A stretch of DNA of 63,727 nucleotides, counting the filler, from Octopus bimaculoides (lineage: Eukaryota): NCBI RefSeq assembly GCF_001194135.2. It is 9 parts of 9 records of this genome, joined end to end, with 100 filler letters (N's around TTAATTAATTAA, not from the genome) between each part and the next. Parts side by side here need not be neighbours in the genome. Positions count along the whole stretch, not along the records: positions 23,077 to 50,306 come from NC_068987.1; 8 more parts are not named here. One strand, written 5' to 3'. This document shows positions 24,307 to 36,838 of this stretch, piece after piece. Position numbers and translations under genes: made by a program. Each line of letters begins with the position of its first letter. Within the stretch, counting starts at the first letter, position 1. The notes under the pieces were generated by a model. That model was given only the letters and a program-made list of their open reading frames with translations, was not told the DNA's origin and did no database searches.

Positions 24307-24792
24307 AGAAGCTGAAAGTAAAAAAGTAACCAAAAGTAATCTCTTTTAAATTGTAGATCACACACCAAAGTGGTACCTTTCTTTTTCTTAAGAAATGTTG
24401 TGAATTTAGTGCTGGTTTCTTGTAAAAATGCAACGGCCTTCGTCGCTGATCACATATTAAGAATCTTTAGCCAACATCTTATAGGTTTTTAAAAACTGAA
24501 AGTAAAAAAAGTAACCCAAAGTAATCTTCTTTGTAGATCACACGTAGATCTATGATAAATTGTATCGTGCATGTAGATTCGTTAAAAGCTAACGATTCTC
24601 TCTGTCATTACTCCGAGTTAGTTTGCTTTGTGTGTTCGTTCAACCCTGTTTAGACTGTAAGAGATTTCTAATCTGAAGTGAAGATGACTAGAATCCAGTT
24701 ACATTTGAAAAAAGCATACTCAGTGAGAAACTCGGAGTAATGAGATGAATCACTAGTTTCTAACAAATCAATAATATCAATTGAATATAATC

Positions 24793-25010
24793 GTTCAAAT
24801 TTTGGCAAAATGCCGGCAATTTGGGGAAGAGGGGTGAACGTCGATTGTATCAACCCCAATAATTGATAAATGTTTTATTTTATCGGCTCCGAAAGGATAA
24901 AAGATGAAGTTGACCTCGGCGGTATTTTGAGCTCAGTACGTAAAAAGCTGGAAGATAGGCCGCTAAGCATTTTGTCCGACGCTCTAATGATTCTGCCAGC
25001 TCTTCGCCAT
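24793..25010 (-). mobile_element. SINE F3
   Basis: GTTGACCTCGGCGG...GCTAAGCATTTTGTCCGACGCTCTAATGATTCTGCCAGCTC. Confidence 0.8.
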
Positions 25011-25013
25011 ATA

Positions 25014-25310
25014 TATGGGGGATGCAATGGGCCAGTGGTTAGGGCAGCAGATTCGCGGTCGTATGATCGCGGTTTCGATTCCCAGACCGGGCGTTGTGAG
25101 TGTTTATTGAACGAAAACACTTAAAGCTCCACGAGGCTCCGGCAGGGGTGTGGTGGCGAACCCTGCTGTACTCTTTCACCACAGCTTTCTCTCACTCTTT
25201 CTTCCTGTTTCTGTTGCGCCTGCATTTCAAAGGGCCAGCTTTGTCACACTCTGTGTCTCGCTGAATCTCCCCGAAAACTACGTTAAGGGTATACTTGTCT
25301 GTGGAGTGCT
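25014..25310 (+). mobile_element. SINE F2, 3'-truncated
   Basis: A box TGGGCCAGTGG, B box GTTTCGATTCC, body collinear with 39752-40135. Confidence 0.9.
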
Positions 25311-25883
25311 AGCATTCAGGTGGAATATCAGATCTGAAGATAACCAAAGAAGCGTAGCTCTCCTCTTTTTCCACAGACGCCAGAGAACTTGCAACACTGT
25401 CATGGACGCTGCTGTCCTTTTCTAAGTCATAGGGAAGAAGAGACACGAGTAAACGAACTCCAGGGTTCCAGCTCAAATAAAATAATCTAGAGCTTCATTA
25501 AGGATCGAAAGCAATAAATACAAGAATGCTATATCACAGGCGTCATATTATTTAGATTAGTCGCGTGGTTATTAATTTTGTCTGTCACTTTGATTAAAAT
25601 CTTTAACTGTAATTATTAGTAAAGCGTCTAGACATTTCGACTACTACGCCTCTCTTGCTGTTTCTATCTTTTATGAACTAGGAAACAGTAGATTTGTAAT
25701 CATATCTTGTCTCTGTCTCCTGAGTCTTGGAATAGATTGATAACATTAATATCTTAACTTTTAGTTCTCTACTGTTTTTATATTTGGGTTTCAAGATTCT
25801 TGGTGTGAATTCGTGTGTTGAAACAGATTTTGTTGCATTTCGGGAGAGTCATTATCCCAGTAATAAATACACGCACTGGTAAA

Positions 25884-26029
25884 TTACTTAGCGGCATTTC
25901 GTCCGGCTTTACGTTCTGAGTTCAAATTCCGCCGAGGTCGACTTTGCCTTTCATCCTTTCGGGGTAGTAAAATAAGTACCAGTTTTCCTTTACTCCGAAA
26001 TTGTTAGCCTTGTGCCAAGATTTCAAACC
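25884..26029 (+). mobile_element. SINE F3, 5'-truncated
   Basis: GTTCTGAGTTCAAATTCCGCCGAGGTCGACTTTGCCTTTCATCCTTTCGGGG. Confidence 0.85.
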
Positions 26030-26643
26030 AATACATATATCTGATAGATTTGTAACCATCCAATTCTTGCTGCCGTCTCTTGGGAAGATTTTCACTATTG
26101 TTGTCTCAAGTTCTTGGCTCCGACAGTACAACCTTCATGTTTGGTGGTTGGATGTACCATTTTCGATAAAAAATAAAAATTAAAAAGAAGCAAACTCGTT
26201 TCTATCCTGTCTACAAGTTCTTCATTCTTTGCAACTATATTTTATCACTACACTGTTATGGAACATAATCGACTCCTTTCTATGTTTTCCTTCTTTACGC
26301 CAATCCTCATTATATTAGTAATAAGTGCCTTGAGTTAAAATTTTCTCAGTTCCGTTATCCGATTCCTGCTGACTCCTCTTACTCAGAAATTACAGAAGCT
26401 ATGTCTGTGTCTATAAGTTCAGCATAATTTCTTCGTACATATCATAAGAATGGACGATGGATAGACAACAGTTTCGAACTCCGAGATTAAGCCGTATCCG
26501 CTCGTTTAATTAAACCATTAAGCATAGCTTAGCTGATCTGCTACGGTTGCTTCCCGTTCACTACAACGTAGCTGGATTAACTAATTGATATGTCAAACAA
26601 TTATGATTATCAATGCCAGACAGTTGTAATTATCTGCATATAC

Positions 26644-26810
26644 AGGCGCAGGCGTGGCTGTGTCGTAAGCAGCTTGCTTACCAAGCACATGGCTCCGGGT
26701 TCAGTCTCCCTGCGTGGCACCTTGAGCAAGTGTCTTCTACTGTAGCCTCAGGCCGACCAAAGCCTTGTGAGTGGATTTGGTAGACGGAAACTGAAAGAAG
26801 CCTGTCGTAT

Positions 26811-26873
<63 letters not shown>

Positions 26874-27072
26874 TGTGTGTTCGCCCCTCCACCTTTTGAC
26901 AACCAGTGCTGCTATGCTTATATCCCTGTAACTTAGTGGTTCAGCAAGAGAAATCTATAGTACCAGGCTTAAAACAAAAGGTACTGTGGTCAATACATTT
27001 GACTATTAATTCTTCAAGGCGGTGCCCAAGCATGGCAGCAGTCTAATGATTGAAACAAGTAAAAGATAAAAG
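26644..27072 (+). mobile_element. SINE F1, full length (tRNA-like head + CORE-like segment + microsatellite + 3' part)
   Basis: A/B-box head, CACCTTGAGCAAGTGTCTTCTACTGTAGCCTCAGG (resembles the CORE consensus GACCTTGGGCAAGTCACTT..), internal (ACAT)n(GT)n, tail AAAAGATAAAAGA. Confidence 0.9.
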
Positions 27073-27944
27073 ATATCGATAGTACTAGTAAGACCCAGCA
27101 AAATCAGAGCTTTCAGAGTGAACGCGCCACAAAACCCCGGGGGCTCACTTCAAATGCCTCGCAACGTGCCTACCTGCCTTATTTCTTCGCTACTCTACCA
27201 CCTCCTGGTATACTGATCTAAGGTTTGTTTTCCCCACCTCTCGAGTCCACGTATCTACCAGCTTTTCTACATCCAATAGCAATTTTCTTTCTCCGATATT
27301 TCTCGTAAATTATTCAGCTGCTATTCAATAAATAATTCCACCAATTAAACAGCAACAATTAAAATCGTTAACCTCATCCACTCCCTCTCATTTACTTAAT
27401 ACACATCACCGAGGCAAAATCTCTTTATTGTAAATAAATTAAACAGTATCAAAATATTTTATTTAACAAAAATCTGTTCATTTTCATTACAGATTCTGAA
27501 GATCTACTGATACACTTTTATCTTCTTCATTAGACGGTCCTCATCATGCTTCACAGGATATGAATCGCATGATAGATTTACTGTATTAAGAGCAACAGAT
27601 TTCGTTCCATCAATCAATCGACTGATACATCTTCTGTGGTGCTCATTAGAAGAAGAAAAAAAACATCCCACCTGTTCGTGAAGTCACTGATCCATATCTA
27701 GTCTGGTAACATTCATGTACTCTAACATTTGACCAAACAACACATCAGGTATGCTTCTCGTTTTTTTTTTTGTTCCTTTTAACTTGCGCTTCTTTCCGTT
27801 TTCCTTTCCTTTCTTTATAAGCATATTTCCATTGAAAATGCTCAAGCAACTACTTTTCATTCTTGACTAGAAGCTATTTATCAAACGACGATTTTTCAGC
27901 TTCGGTCTATCAGATGTATATCTTTTTATATTCTCTCATTATAT

Positions 27945-27984
<40 letters not shown>

Positions 27985-28000
27985 ATATATATATGTATAT

Positions 28001-28164
28001 AGGCGCTGGAGTGACTGTGTGGTAAGTAGCTTGCTTTCCAACCACATGGTTCCGGGTTCAGTCCTACTGCATGGCACCTTAAGCAAGTGTCTTCTACTAT
28101 AGTCTTAGGCCGACCAAAGCCTTGTGAGTTGATTTGGTAGACGGAAACTGAAAGAAGCCCGTAG
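28001..28164 (+). mobile_element. SINE F1 head half
   Basis: GGCGCTGGAGTGACTGTGTGGTAAG...GACGGAAACTGAAAGAAGCCCGT, followed by microsatellite. Confidence 0.85.
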
Positions 28165-28166
28165 TT

Positions 28167-28201
<35 letters not shown>

Positions 28202-28232
28202 NNNNNNNNNNTGTGTGTGTGTGTGTGTGTGT

Positions 28233-28286
<54 letters not shown>

Positions 28287-28470
28287 TTGAGCGTCTGAAA
28301 AAGTTGTGTGCAGTATTTGTTCCGGCTCTTTACGTTGTGAGTTCAAAAGCCACCGAGGTTGGCCTCACCTGTCATTTTTTCGAGGTCGATAAAATAAAGT
28401 ACAAGTCGAGTACTGAGATCGATGATATCGATTAACACTCTTCCCTAAAAACTGCTGGCTTATGACTCAA
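28287..28470 (+). mobile_element. SINE F3, diverged
   Basis: TTACGTTGTGAGTTCAAA..GCCACCGAGGTTGGC...GAGGTCGATAAAATAAAGTAC. Confidence 0.7.
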
Positions 28471-28509
28471 TCGGAAACCATTGTAATTGTTGTTGTTGTT
28501 GTTGTTGTT

Positions 28510-29150
28510 TAATACAACAACTTCGCAGGTGAAAGTAACAAGGTGTCACCTGTCCACAATCAATTGACTAAGGTAACACTCTTCATCTAGATTTCGAGAA
28601 CTCTGCGAGAACGTTATGCAATTCCAAGCAACACTGTTTTCTGTGTATGCTCTATCTTTGCATTTAATCGTATCTTTTCAATCCAGTCTGTGAGCTTGAT
28701 CCTTACAAATCCCGAGGCTCCAACAACAACAGGTACAATACTCACCTTGTTTCAATAACCGCAGTTTTATTATCTCCCGTTCCATTATACCTGACCTGCT
28801 GCTTCTCTTCTTTTTCCGATAATCTGTAATCACCCGAGTATGCAATATCTATCATTAAACAGGTTTTTTTTCCCCTCTGTTGTTCACAACCACTACATCC
28901 GGCTTTCGATTTCACAATCTCATTGGATAATACATCCTTACCAGTATCCTTACCTTGTGCTCATATCACGTTTTTGCTCTATCCAATCCATACTTGCCAC
29001 ACAGCCTCCAATGAACCGTTCTTGCAATATTATCGTTTCACTTTTTAAGCTAGCTTCGTCCACTCGTTTACAGTGTGCTACACAGTCACAACGCATAACT
29101 TACACTTGTCACTTTCTGCTGCCTTGTTAATCTTGCATTTTGGTGTAATT
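28510..29150 (-). mobile_element. R4/Dong-like RLE LINE remnant (endonuclease domain and 3' end)
   Basis: Minus strand DNIARTVHWRLCGKYGLDRAK...RKPDVVVV...KVSIVPVVVGA...IEHTQKTVLLGIA..RRVLE; 3' end abuts (AAC)n. Confidence 0.8.
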
Positions 29151-31065
29151 TGTCTTAAATGCATGTACACATTGTATTCAAAATCTCGCCTGAACCAAAT
29201 TGTGCAAGAGAATTCAAATATAATTCCGAAATCATGAGTTTTCGTCTTGAAAAAGAACTATCAGAGGACACACACAAAATGCTCTATAGATAACTTTAAA
29301 GGTAATGGGAACTACTTCCAGACCATCCACTGAAGGATATTGTGATGAATTAGTATATATTTCAAGCTATTATATTATGCAAGTGTATGAATACATAAAG
29401 TTTTCATTTTACACAGTAGCGTAAAAAGACCGTTCGTTATATTAGTACGGTGACATAAATACTCTAAACTTTTCAACCTATACCTTAATGACTTTCAAAA
29501 TCAGTCATTCTTCATCTTAAATAACTAATTAATACGCTCTTCTTGGTATTTCTTCTTTAATGCATCATAAATGATCGTTCTTAAAACTTTCTTAGAATTT
29601 TCTGGGGGTTTTTTTTCTCGCGGATGCCTGTTAAATATTAATAAAGCATAAGTACTTTTGGTATTCATACACGCGGTGTGTTCTGGTGGCCGATTTTTGG
29701 AGGGAAGACAATCATATCTAGATCAATTTTGGCGGGATTCGAAGCTTGAATTTCAAATTAAAGATTAATGAAAAAGTTGCGCAGAGTATACATATTTAAT
29801 ATTCCTTTTTTCTTACACACTAGAAATACCTTTAAATTTCTAGTCGCAGGTAAGCATTTATGCCATTTCATCCTTATTTGAAATCATCAGTATGGCATAA
29901 CCGGAGGCAAATAGATTACACTAAATTAAACATTTTACGAAGTTAGTTTTTATAGAGAGAAAATGGTGATAGTTGGTACGTATGTTTGTCAATACCCCTG
30001 TACAGTTTAGTTACCTTGTATGGTTCTTCTATCCCATTTAGCTTTATACCACACTAAGTTAAAGCTTTAAAACCAGTTCTTGTCGTTTTACGCAGCTACG
30101 GCCATCAATAGATTATTAGAGGCGGGCTTTTACTAAATTAGTATACAGTCATAGCTTGATACCTCTTACACTTGTGACAATGACTTAAACATGTCTGGAG
30201 GTGTCTCTAATCAAAGATCAAATTCACTTCACAACATTCTCCTTTACTATTCAGTTCTTAATCAATTAGAATTTCACAGTTTACTCGCTTACCTTCCTTG
30301 AAAAGAATTATCACTAATGCTTATGATTCTTCTCTTCATTACGGCTCTAATTTTAATTGCTGTGTTTTTTTCTTTTGCCGGTTAGAGGGGGCTTACTACA
30401 TTATGTTTGCTCTCTCACCGCTTAACTAAAAGATATCAAAGAGAGAGAGAGAGAGAGATCGTTACCACAGATTCGTTCTTAAACATTTAATTAGTCCTTA
30501 TGTCTAGTCAAAAAAAAAGAAGAAAGCAATGCTAACCCTTTGCATGTCCTGCATATCACATATGATAAACAGGACATATTTCCCTGGCATCCATGCATGT
30601 ATAATAGTCATTACAAATTTTTTCAACTTCGAGAGTAACTTAGGACTATGAAAAGATAGCTTTATATTACTCAGAACATATGAAACAAGGCTAACTAAAA
30701 GTCTGAAAGCAGATATGGATATTTAGGATAAACTTATGAAAATGGCTTGGGCAGAAAACGGACAGGTATGTTAGCTTATTCGCCGCTTAAGCGTGTTCTT
30801 GACTATAAAATATAAAAGAGACTGAATTGTCCAACGGATTCGTTCTTATTCATTTAATGAGTCCTTGAAACGAGGTAGAAGAAACATCAATATTAATAGT
30901 TAATACATAATATTGTTGTGATATATTATAAATAGTCTGTAATACTGATTTCTCATTCTGTTTCATTTTTTTCTTTCTTTTGCATTTGTACGTGACCACA
31001 AATTTGTAAAGGAGTGTGATTATCAACTCTGTTTTTTCTCATTCTATTATTAAGACATTTAAAAA

Positions 31066-31715
31066 AAGGCGGCGAGCTGGCAGAATCGTTAGCATGCCGG
31101 TCGAAATGCTTAGCGGTATTTCGTCTGCCGCTACGTTCTTAGTTCAAATTCCGCCGGGGTCGACTTTGCCTTTCATCCTCACGGGGTCGGTTAAATAAGT
31201 ACCAGTTACGCACTGGAGTCGATGAAATCGATTAGCCCGCTCCCCACCCCCAATTTCAGGCCTTGTGCCTATAGCAGAAATGATTATTGAGAAGGAATAT
31301 TAAAAAGGCGGTGAACTGGCATAATTGTTAGCACGCTGGGAAAAACGCTTAGCGGCATTTCGTCCGTTCTGAGTTCAAATTCCACAGAGGTCGACTTTAT
31401 TTTTCATCCTTCTGGGGTCGATAAATTAAATACCAGTCGAGTACTGGGGTCAGTGTAATCGACTATCCCCCCTTCCCATAAATTTCAGGCCTTGTGCCTA
31501 TAGCAGCAACGATGATTAAGACATTTAAAGGCGGAAAGCTGGCTGACTCGTTAGCGTTCCTAACAAAATGATTAGCAATATTTCTCCAAGCTTTACGTTC
31601 TGAGTTCAAATTCCGTCAAGGCTAAATTTGCCATTCTTTTTTTCGCTGACAATAAAATAAATACTACCAATCGACTGGCCTCCATCTCAAAAAATTTCAC
31701 GCCATGCACCAATAT
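31066..31715 (+). mobile_element. Three head-to-tail SINE F3 copies
   Basis: AAGGCGG..AGCTGGC heads at about 31066, 31303, 31528, each followed by GTTCTGAGTTCAAATTCC. Confidence 0.9.
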
Positions 31716-32063
31716 AGTAGAAAGAATTATTATGACATTTATGGCCCATAATCGACATTGCTGTAAAACTATATTCCAAACGATATCAAATTCCAATTCT
31801 ATACTATTCTACTGAAAATTATTAGCCTGTGGTGTTGGCTTTATACACGTTTGGATCTACTAAACTTGTGCCAACATGGCTAAAAAGCTTAGACGACTTT
31901 GGTCATTGAGTGCTTAGCCTTAGTAATCTTATGAATTATATTGCTATAACGGGTTAATGTGCCATATCGCTGTGGTGATTTAATATCGAGTATTAACACC
32001 ACTTATGTTGTCATAGTTGTGTGCGTGTGTGTGTGCGCACGCATCTATATGTAAGTAGTAATG

Positions 32064-32157
<94 letters not shown>

Positions 32158-32360
32158 TTTATGTGTGTGTGTGTGTAAAATTGTATACATTTGACTGGGG
32201 CGCGTATGAATATAGGTACGTGTTCGTGAGCATTGATTTTTGCATTTAGACTAGTTTGAGGAGAAACCTGTTCCCGTACCTTAGTCTACATATTCAGGAA
32301 TATAAATGTGTGTATGCACTTTTGTTCACATACATACATACGTACATACATACATACAAA

Positions 32361-32541
32361 TACGAGGGGGGGGGTGCTGAAAAATTCCTGGCTTTAAGGA
32401 CATCGCGAAAGGCCTGGTTGGAGGCCCAGCCTATCGAGTTCTTTTACAGGGCTTAGAAAAACTGAAAGATTCAATGTGTGAATCTGAGAGGGGAATATTT
32501 TCTTTGACCCAAAGCTAGGAACTTTTGAGCACCCACTCGTA
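32361..32541 (+). mobile_element. Mariner-derived MITE M1 with both TIRs
   Basis: TACGAGGGG..GTGCTGAAAAATTCCTGGCTTT versus reverse complement of the right end TACGAGTGGGTGCTCAAAAGTTCCTAGCTTT; TA at both ends. Confidence 0.9.
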
Positions 32542-32574
32542 TATATGTATAGATAGACAAGCAGACAGACAAGC

Positions 32575-32675
<101 letters not shown>

Positions 32676-32692
32676 CATGCATGTATCTGTGT

Positions 32693-32736
<44 letters not shown>

Positions 32737-32770
32737 TGGATATCTTTATATTTGTGTTTGTCAATTCCAC

Positions 32771-32930
32771 AGCTTGCCAAACGTCCCCGTAACTTAGCGG
32801 TTCGGTAAAAGAAGTACGATAGAATAAGTACCAGAATTTTTTTTAAATACGTACAAGGGTCGATTTGTTCGACTAGAAACCCTTCAAGGCGGTGTTCCAG
32901 CTTGGCCGCAATTCAATGACTGAAACAAGC
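32771..32930 (+). mobile_element. SINE F1 3' part
   Basis: CGTCCCCGTAACTTAGCGGTTCGG...CTTCAAGGCGGTGTTCCAGC.TGGCCGCA..CAATGACTGAAACAAG. Confidence 0.8.
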
Positions 32931-33290
32931 TAATTGGTGAAATACATTCGAACCCCTACAAAACACCATTATTGTCTCATCTGAAGAATTCCCTTCCTGG
33001 TTATCGGTTCCCAATTGTGATTATAATTACTTCTCTACCTACTTAAGTTGCTAAATATTAATGTAAAACTTGAAACGCTGGAGTTCTTGGACAAAGGGAA
33101 ATACTCAGGAGAAAAAAATACACAAGTGATTCTAAAATGCCATTGTTTCCTAACTACAAAAGAGGCTGTTATATTTATTTCAGTAGAATAAATTCAAGAA
33201 TACACACAAAGTGAAATGTACGGGCATATAAGTTCAAAGACATACATACATACATACATACATACATACATACATACATACATACATACA

Positions 33291-33447
33291 TAAAACAGAA
33301 CATACAAATCTGCACGCATACATACAAACAAACAAACAAAAATAGCCTGTTGTTGATGTTGAAATTCCAATGAAGGAGCCTTGGATCTAGGATAGAAACC
33401 GGCTCTTTCTCTATTGGCGAGAAATCTTGAAATAAAACCGAATAATG
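33291..33447 (+). mobile_element. 3' UTR of an RLE LINE family, flanked on both sides by (ACAT)n
   Basis: Near-identical to 58125-58270, which follows an RLE ORF end (CAAATCTGCAC...AATGAAGGAGCCTTGGATCTAGG...GAAATCTTGAAATAAA). Confidence 0.8.
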
Positions 33448-34171
33448 TACATACATACATATACGTGTATATATATATATATATATATNNNNNNNNNNNN
33501 NNNNNNNNNNNNNNNNNNNNNNNNNNNNNNNNNNNNNNNNNNNNNNNNNNNNNNNNNNNNNNNNNNNNNNNNNNNNNNNNNNNNNNNNNNNNNNNNNNNN
33601 NNNNNNNNNNNNNNNNNNNNNNNNNNNNNNNNNNNNNNNNNNNNNNNNNNNNNNNNNNNNNNNNNNNNNNNNNNNNNNNNNNNNNNNNNNNNNNNNNNNN
33701 NNNNNNNNNNNNNNNNNNNNNNNNNNNNNNNNNNNNNNNNNNNNNNNNNNNNNNNNNNNNNNNNNNNNNNNNNNNNNNNNNNNNNNNNNNNNNNNNNNNN
33801 NNNNNNNNNNNNNNNNNNNNNNNNNNNNNNNNNNNNNNNNNNNNNNNNNNNNNNNNNNNNNNNNNNNNNNNNNNNNNNNNNNNNNNNNNNNNNNNNNNNN
33901 NNNNNNNNNNNNNNNNNNNNNNNNNNNNNNNNNNNNNNNNNNNNNNNNNNNNNNNNNNNNNNNNNNNNNNNNNNNNNNNNNNNNNNNNNNNNNNNNNNNN
34001 NNNNNNNNNNNNNNNNNNNNNNNNNNNNNNNNNNNNNNNNNNNNNNNNNNNNNNNNNNNNNNNNNNNNNNNNNNNNNNNNNNNNNNNNNNNNNNNNNNNN
34101 NNNNNNNNNNNNNNNNNNNNNTATATATGCACACATTTTTGCATAGGAATTCGTATCTGCGAGTTTATGTA

Positions 34172-34551
34172 CAATAGAACCTCGCAGTACGTGTGCACCA
34201 TTGTAATTTGCTGTACGACCCGAGACTCGTGCGAATTTTTGTCTTGAAGTACGAGTCGAAATCCGCAGTACGAGCACACAAATCGTCCCATCTTTAAATC
34301 AATTCAGTTAATAAAACCAGTTTATATATTTCTTTTGCATTCTCTTTTTTTATAATTATCATTTTACTTATAACTACACCTTTTCTGTTTTTAAAATCCA
34401 TAAAAAATTACTTTTGAGTGGTGGTGGGAGCTGGAACGGATTAATTATATTTTAGTTATTTTCAATGGGGAAAATTGACTTGTAAGACGAGTAGATCGTA
34501 AGATGAGCTCGGTCATGAAATGAATTAAACCTGTACTGCAAGGTATTACTG
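34172..34551. mobile_element. pogo/Tigger-type MITE
   Basis: TA-flanked; TIRs CAATAGAACCTCGCAGTACG versus CAGTAATACCTTGCAGTACA (15/20); internal GGAACGGATTAATT...TTTCAATGGG. Confidence 0.65.
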
Positions 34552-34653
34552 TATATTGATATTCAGATAGAAACACAGAGCTTAATATGGCTTCCAAGTT
34601 GCACAGAAACACTTGTCTTTATATATGAATGCATCTACATATGCATGTACGAA

Positions 34654-34684
<31 letters not shown>

Positions 34685-35437
34685 TTTATGTGTATTTATG
34701 TATATATGTGAGTGTGTGTGTGTGTATGTGCATGTGTGTGAGTGTGTGTGTAATTATACATACACATGTGTATTTATGCACGTACATGCACATGTGTAAG
34801 CATTTATACTCGTGTACACACACGCACACACATAAAGACACACAAACGCACATACACACATACATATATACACGTACATGTACATACATACATATATATA
34901 CACGTACGTATTTATAGAGACACACACATTGTGATACACACCAATACACACTTCTATATGCATTCAGTCATATACACACGTTTACACACACACAGACACA
35001 CACAGAGTAATACTCAATTGCGCGTACTTACAAATATAATATGAATAAGAACATTCACATTAAGTGAACTCTCCGCTTTAGCTAATGATTTCTTACTTCC
35101 GGTTTTGGTTCTCATATTTAAACAGTTGATCGTCTGGTTCAGTGTATTGCTCATTCTGTTGCTGGATTTCAACAAAACTTGAAGGAGAAAACCAGTTTCC
35201 TTCTCGTTATAACAACTCGGATAAAACAAATGCTTCCAAATATAAATTGAAAATTATCTTCCTTTTCTTAAGGGAAAAAAAATGTGTCTCATCACTGCAG
35301 ATTTCTGCCAGAAAATGTCGTGCTTTATTTGCATCAGTCAGAGATCTCTGTAGGTCCTGTATTGGTCCATATATCTGCCATTGATTTGCGAAGACCTGAG
35401 CAAGGTTACTTTGTGAAAGATTATAAGTTGACCATGC

Positions 35438-35483
<46 letters not shown>

Positions 35484-35860
35484 GTTGTCCAGAGGAAAGG
35501 CTGCTGCTTTTAGGGCTGCTACAGCTTAGCAGCATTGTTGGGGTCCGTTTGCAACACTCGAGTACAGATATATGACTTGAATAGCCATATATCTATACTT
35601 GATTACGCAGGCCTCAGCAAGATTGTTTTGTGAAAGACAGGAAGCTTCTCCTGCAAGCATGTCTCCTTTCTCGATGTTGTCCAGTGGAGAGGCCGGAGTT
35701 TTGGGGCTGCTACAGTTGGAACTGATGTCGTCGCTACAGTTGGAACTGATGTCGTCTTTTATACTGTTTCGGTATTACGTGTCAAAAGCGAATATTGTTT
35801 CACGTTTATTCTTTCATTTTTAATTCTAATCTCTGCTAGCATATGTGTGTTTGTGTGTGC

Positions 35861-36012
35861 ACAGTTTCAGTTTATCAAATTTACTCACAAAGCATTGATC
35901 GGCGCCGGGGCTATAGTAGAAGACAATTTCCTAAAGTGCCGCGCAGTGAGACTGAGCCTGAAATCACATTGTTGCCAAGCAAGCGTCTTAACCGCATAGC
36001 CATGCCGGCGCC
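35861..36012 (-). mobile_element. Diverged SINE F1 head
   Basis: AAATTTACTCACAAAGC..GATCGGC.CCGGGGCTATAGTAGAAGAC...TTAACCGCATAGCCATGCC. Confidence 0.7.
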
Positions 36013-36044
36013 TGCGGTTTATAACATGGGCTTGAAAACTGGGG

Positions 36045-36838
36045 GGAAGTGTTAGTCGATTAAATCGACCCCAGTACTCGACTGCTGCTTATTTTATCGA
36101 CTCTAAAAGAATGTAAGACAAAGTTGACCTCGGCGGAATTTGAACTCAGAACGTAATGACAGACGAAATGCCGCTAAGCATTTTGTCCGACGGCCTAACG
36201 ATTCTGCCAGCTCGTCTACTGTACCAGAAATAAATCTTTCTAATCTAGGTACAATCCAGCAATTTTGAGGGGAGGTGTTAGTCTCTACCATCGACCTCAA
36301 TTCTTGTTTGGTATTTTATTTCATCGAACCCGAAAGGATGGAGGACAGAATTACCCTCGGAGGGATTTGAACTCAGAATGTAAGGAGTCGTAGGAAATAC
36401 TGCAAGGCATTTTCTCCGATGCTCTATCGATTCTGACAGCCATTCACCATCTGATGGCCAGCAAATTTGAGGGATGTCGTTAGTCGCTACCATCGACCCG
36501 AATACATAACTGTTATTTTATTTTATCGACTCCGAAAGAAGAAAAAGCTAAGTTGACCACGATGTAATTTGAACTCGAAATGTAAAGAGCCAGAACAAAT
36601 ACTGCAAAGCATTTTACCACTGCTCTAACGATTCTGCCAACTCAGTCTATTGTGTTGGAAATCTTTGACGGGGCTAGCAATTTTTGAGTGTGAGGGGGAG
36701 TCGATTACATCGACCCCAGTGTTCAACTGGCACTTATTTTACCGACTTCGGAAGAATAGAAGGCAAAGTAAAGCTCGATAAAGTTTGAACTCAGGATGTA
36801 AAGACGGACGAACTGCCACTAAGCATTTTATCCGGCGA
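36045..36838 (-). mobile_element. Four head-to-tail SINE F3 copies
   Basis: Recurring ATTTGAACTCAGAA/GAACTCGAAA and AACGATTCTGCCA motifs with a period of about 200 bp. Confidence 0.85.

Noticed and set aside
25620-25665. Faint hammerhead-like remnants here and at 26465-26510, 27590-27650 and 37070-37105
   Set aside because: Core nucleotides and stems are too degraded to distinguish from chance.
31066-31715. Regularly spaced repeats as a CRISPR array
   Set aside because: The units are ~200-bp diverged SINE copies in eukaryotic DNA, with no short identical repeats, spacers or cas genes.
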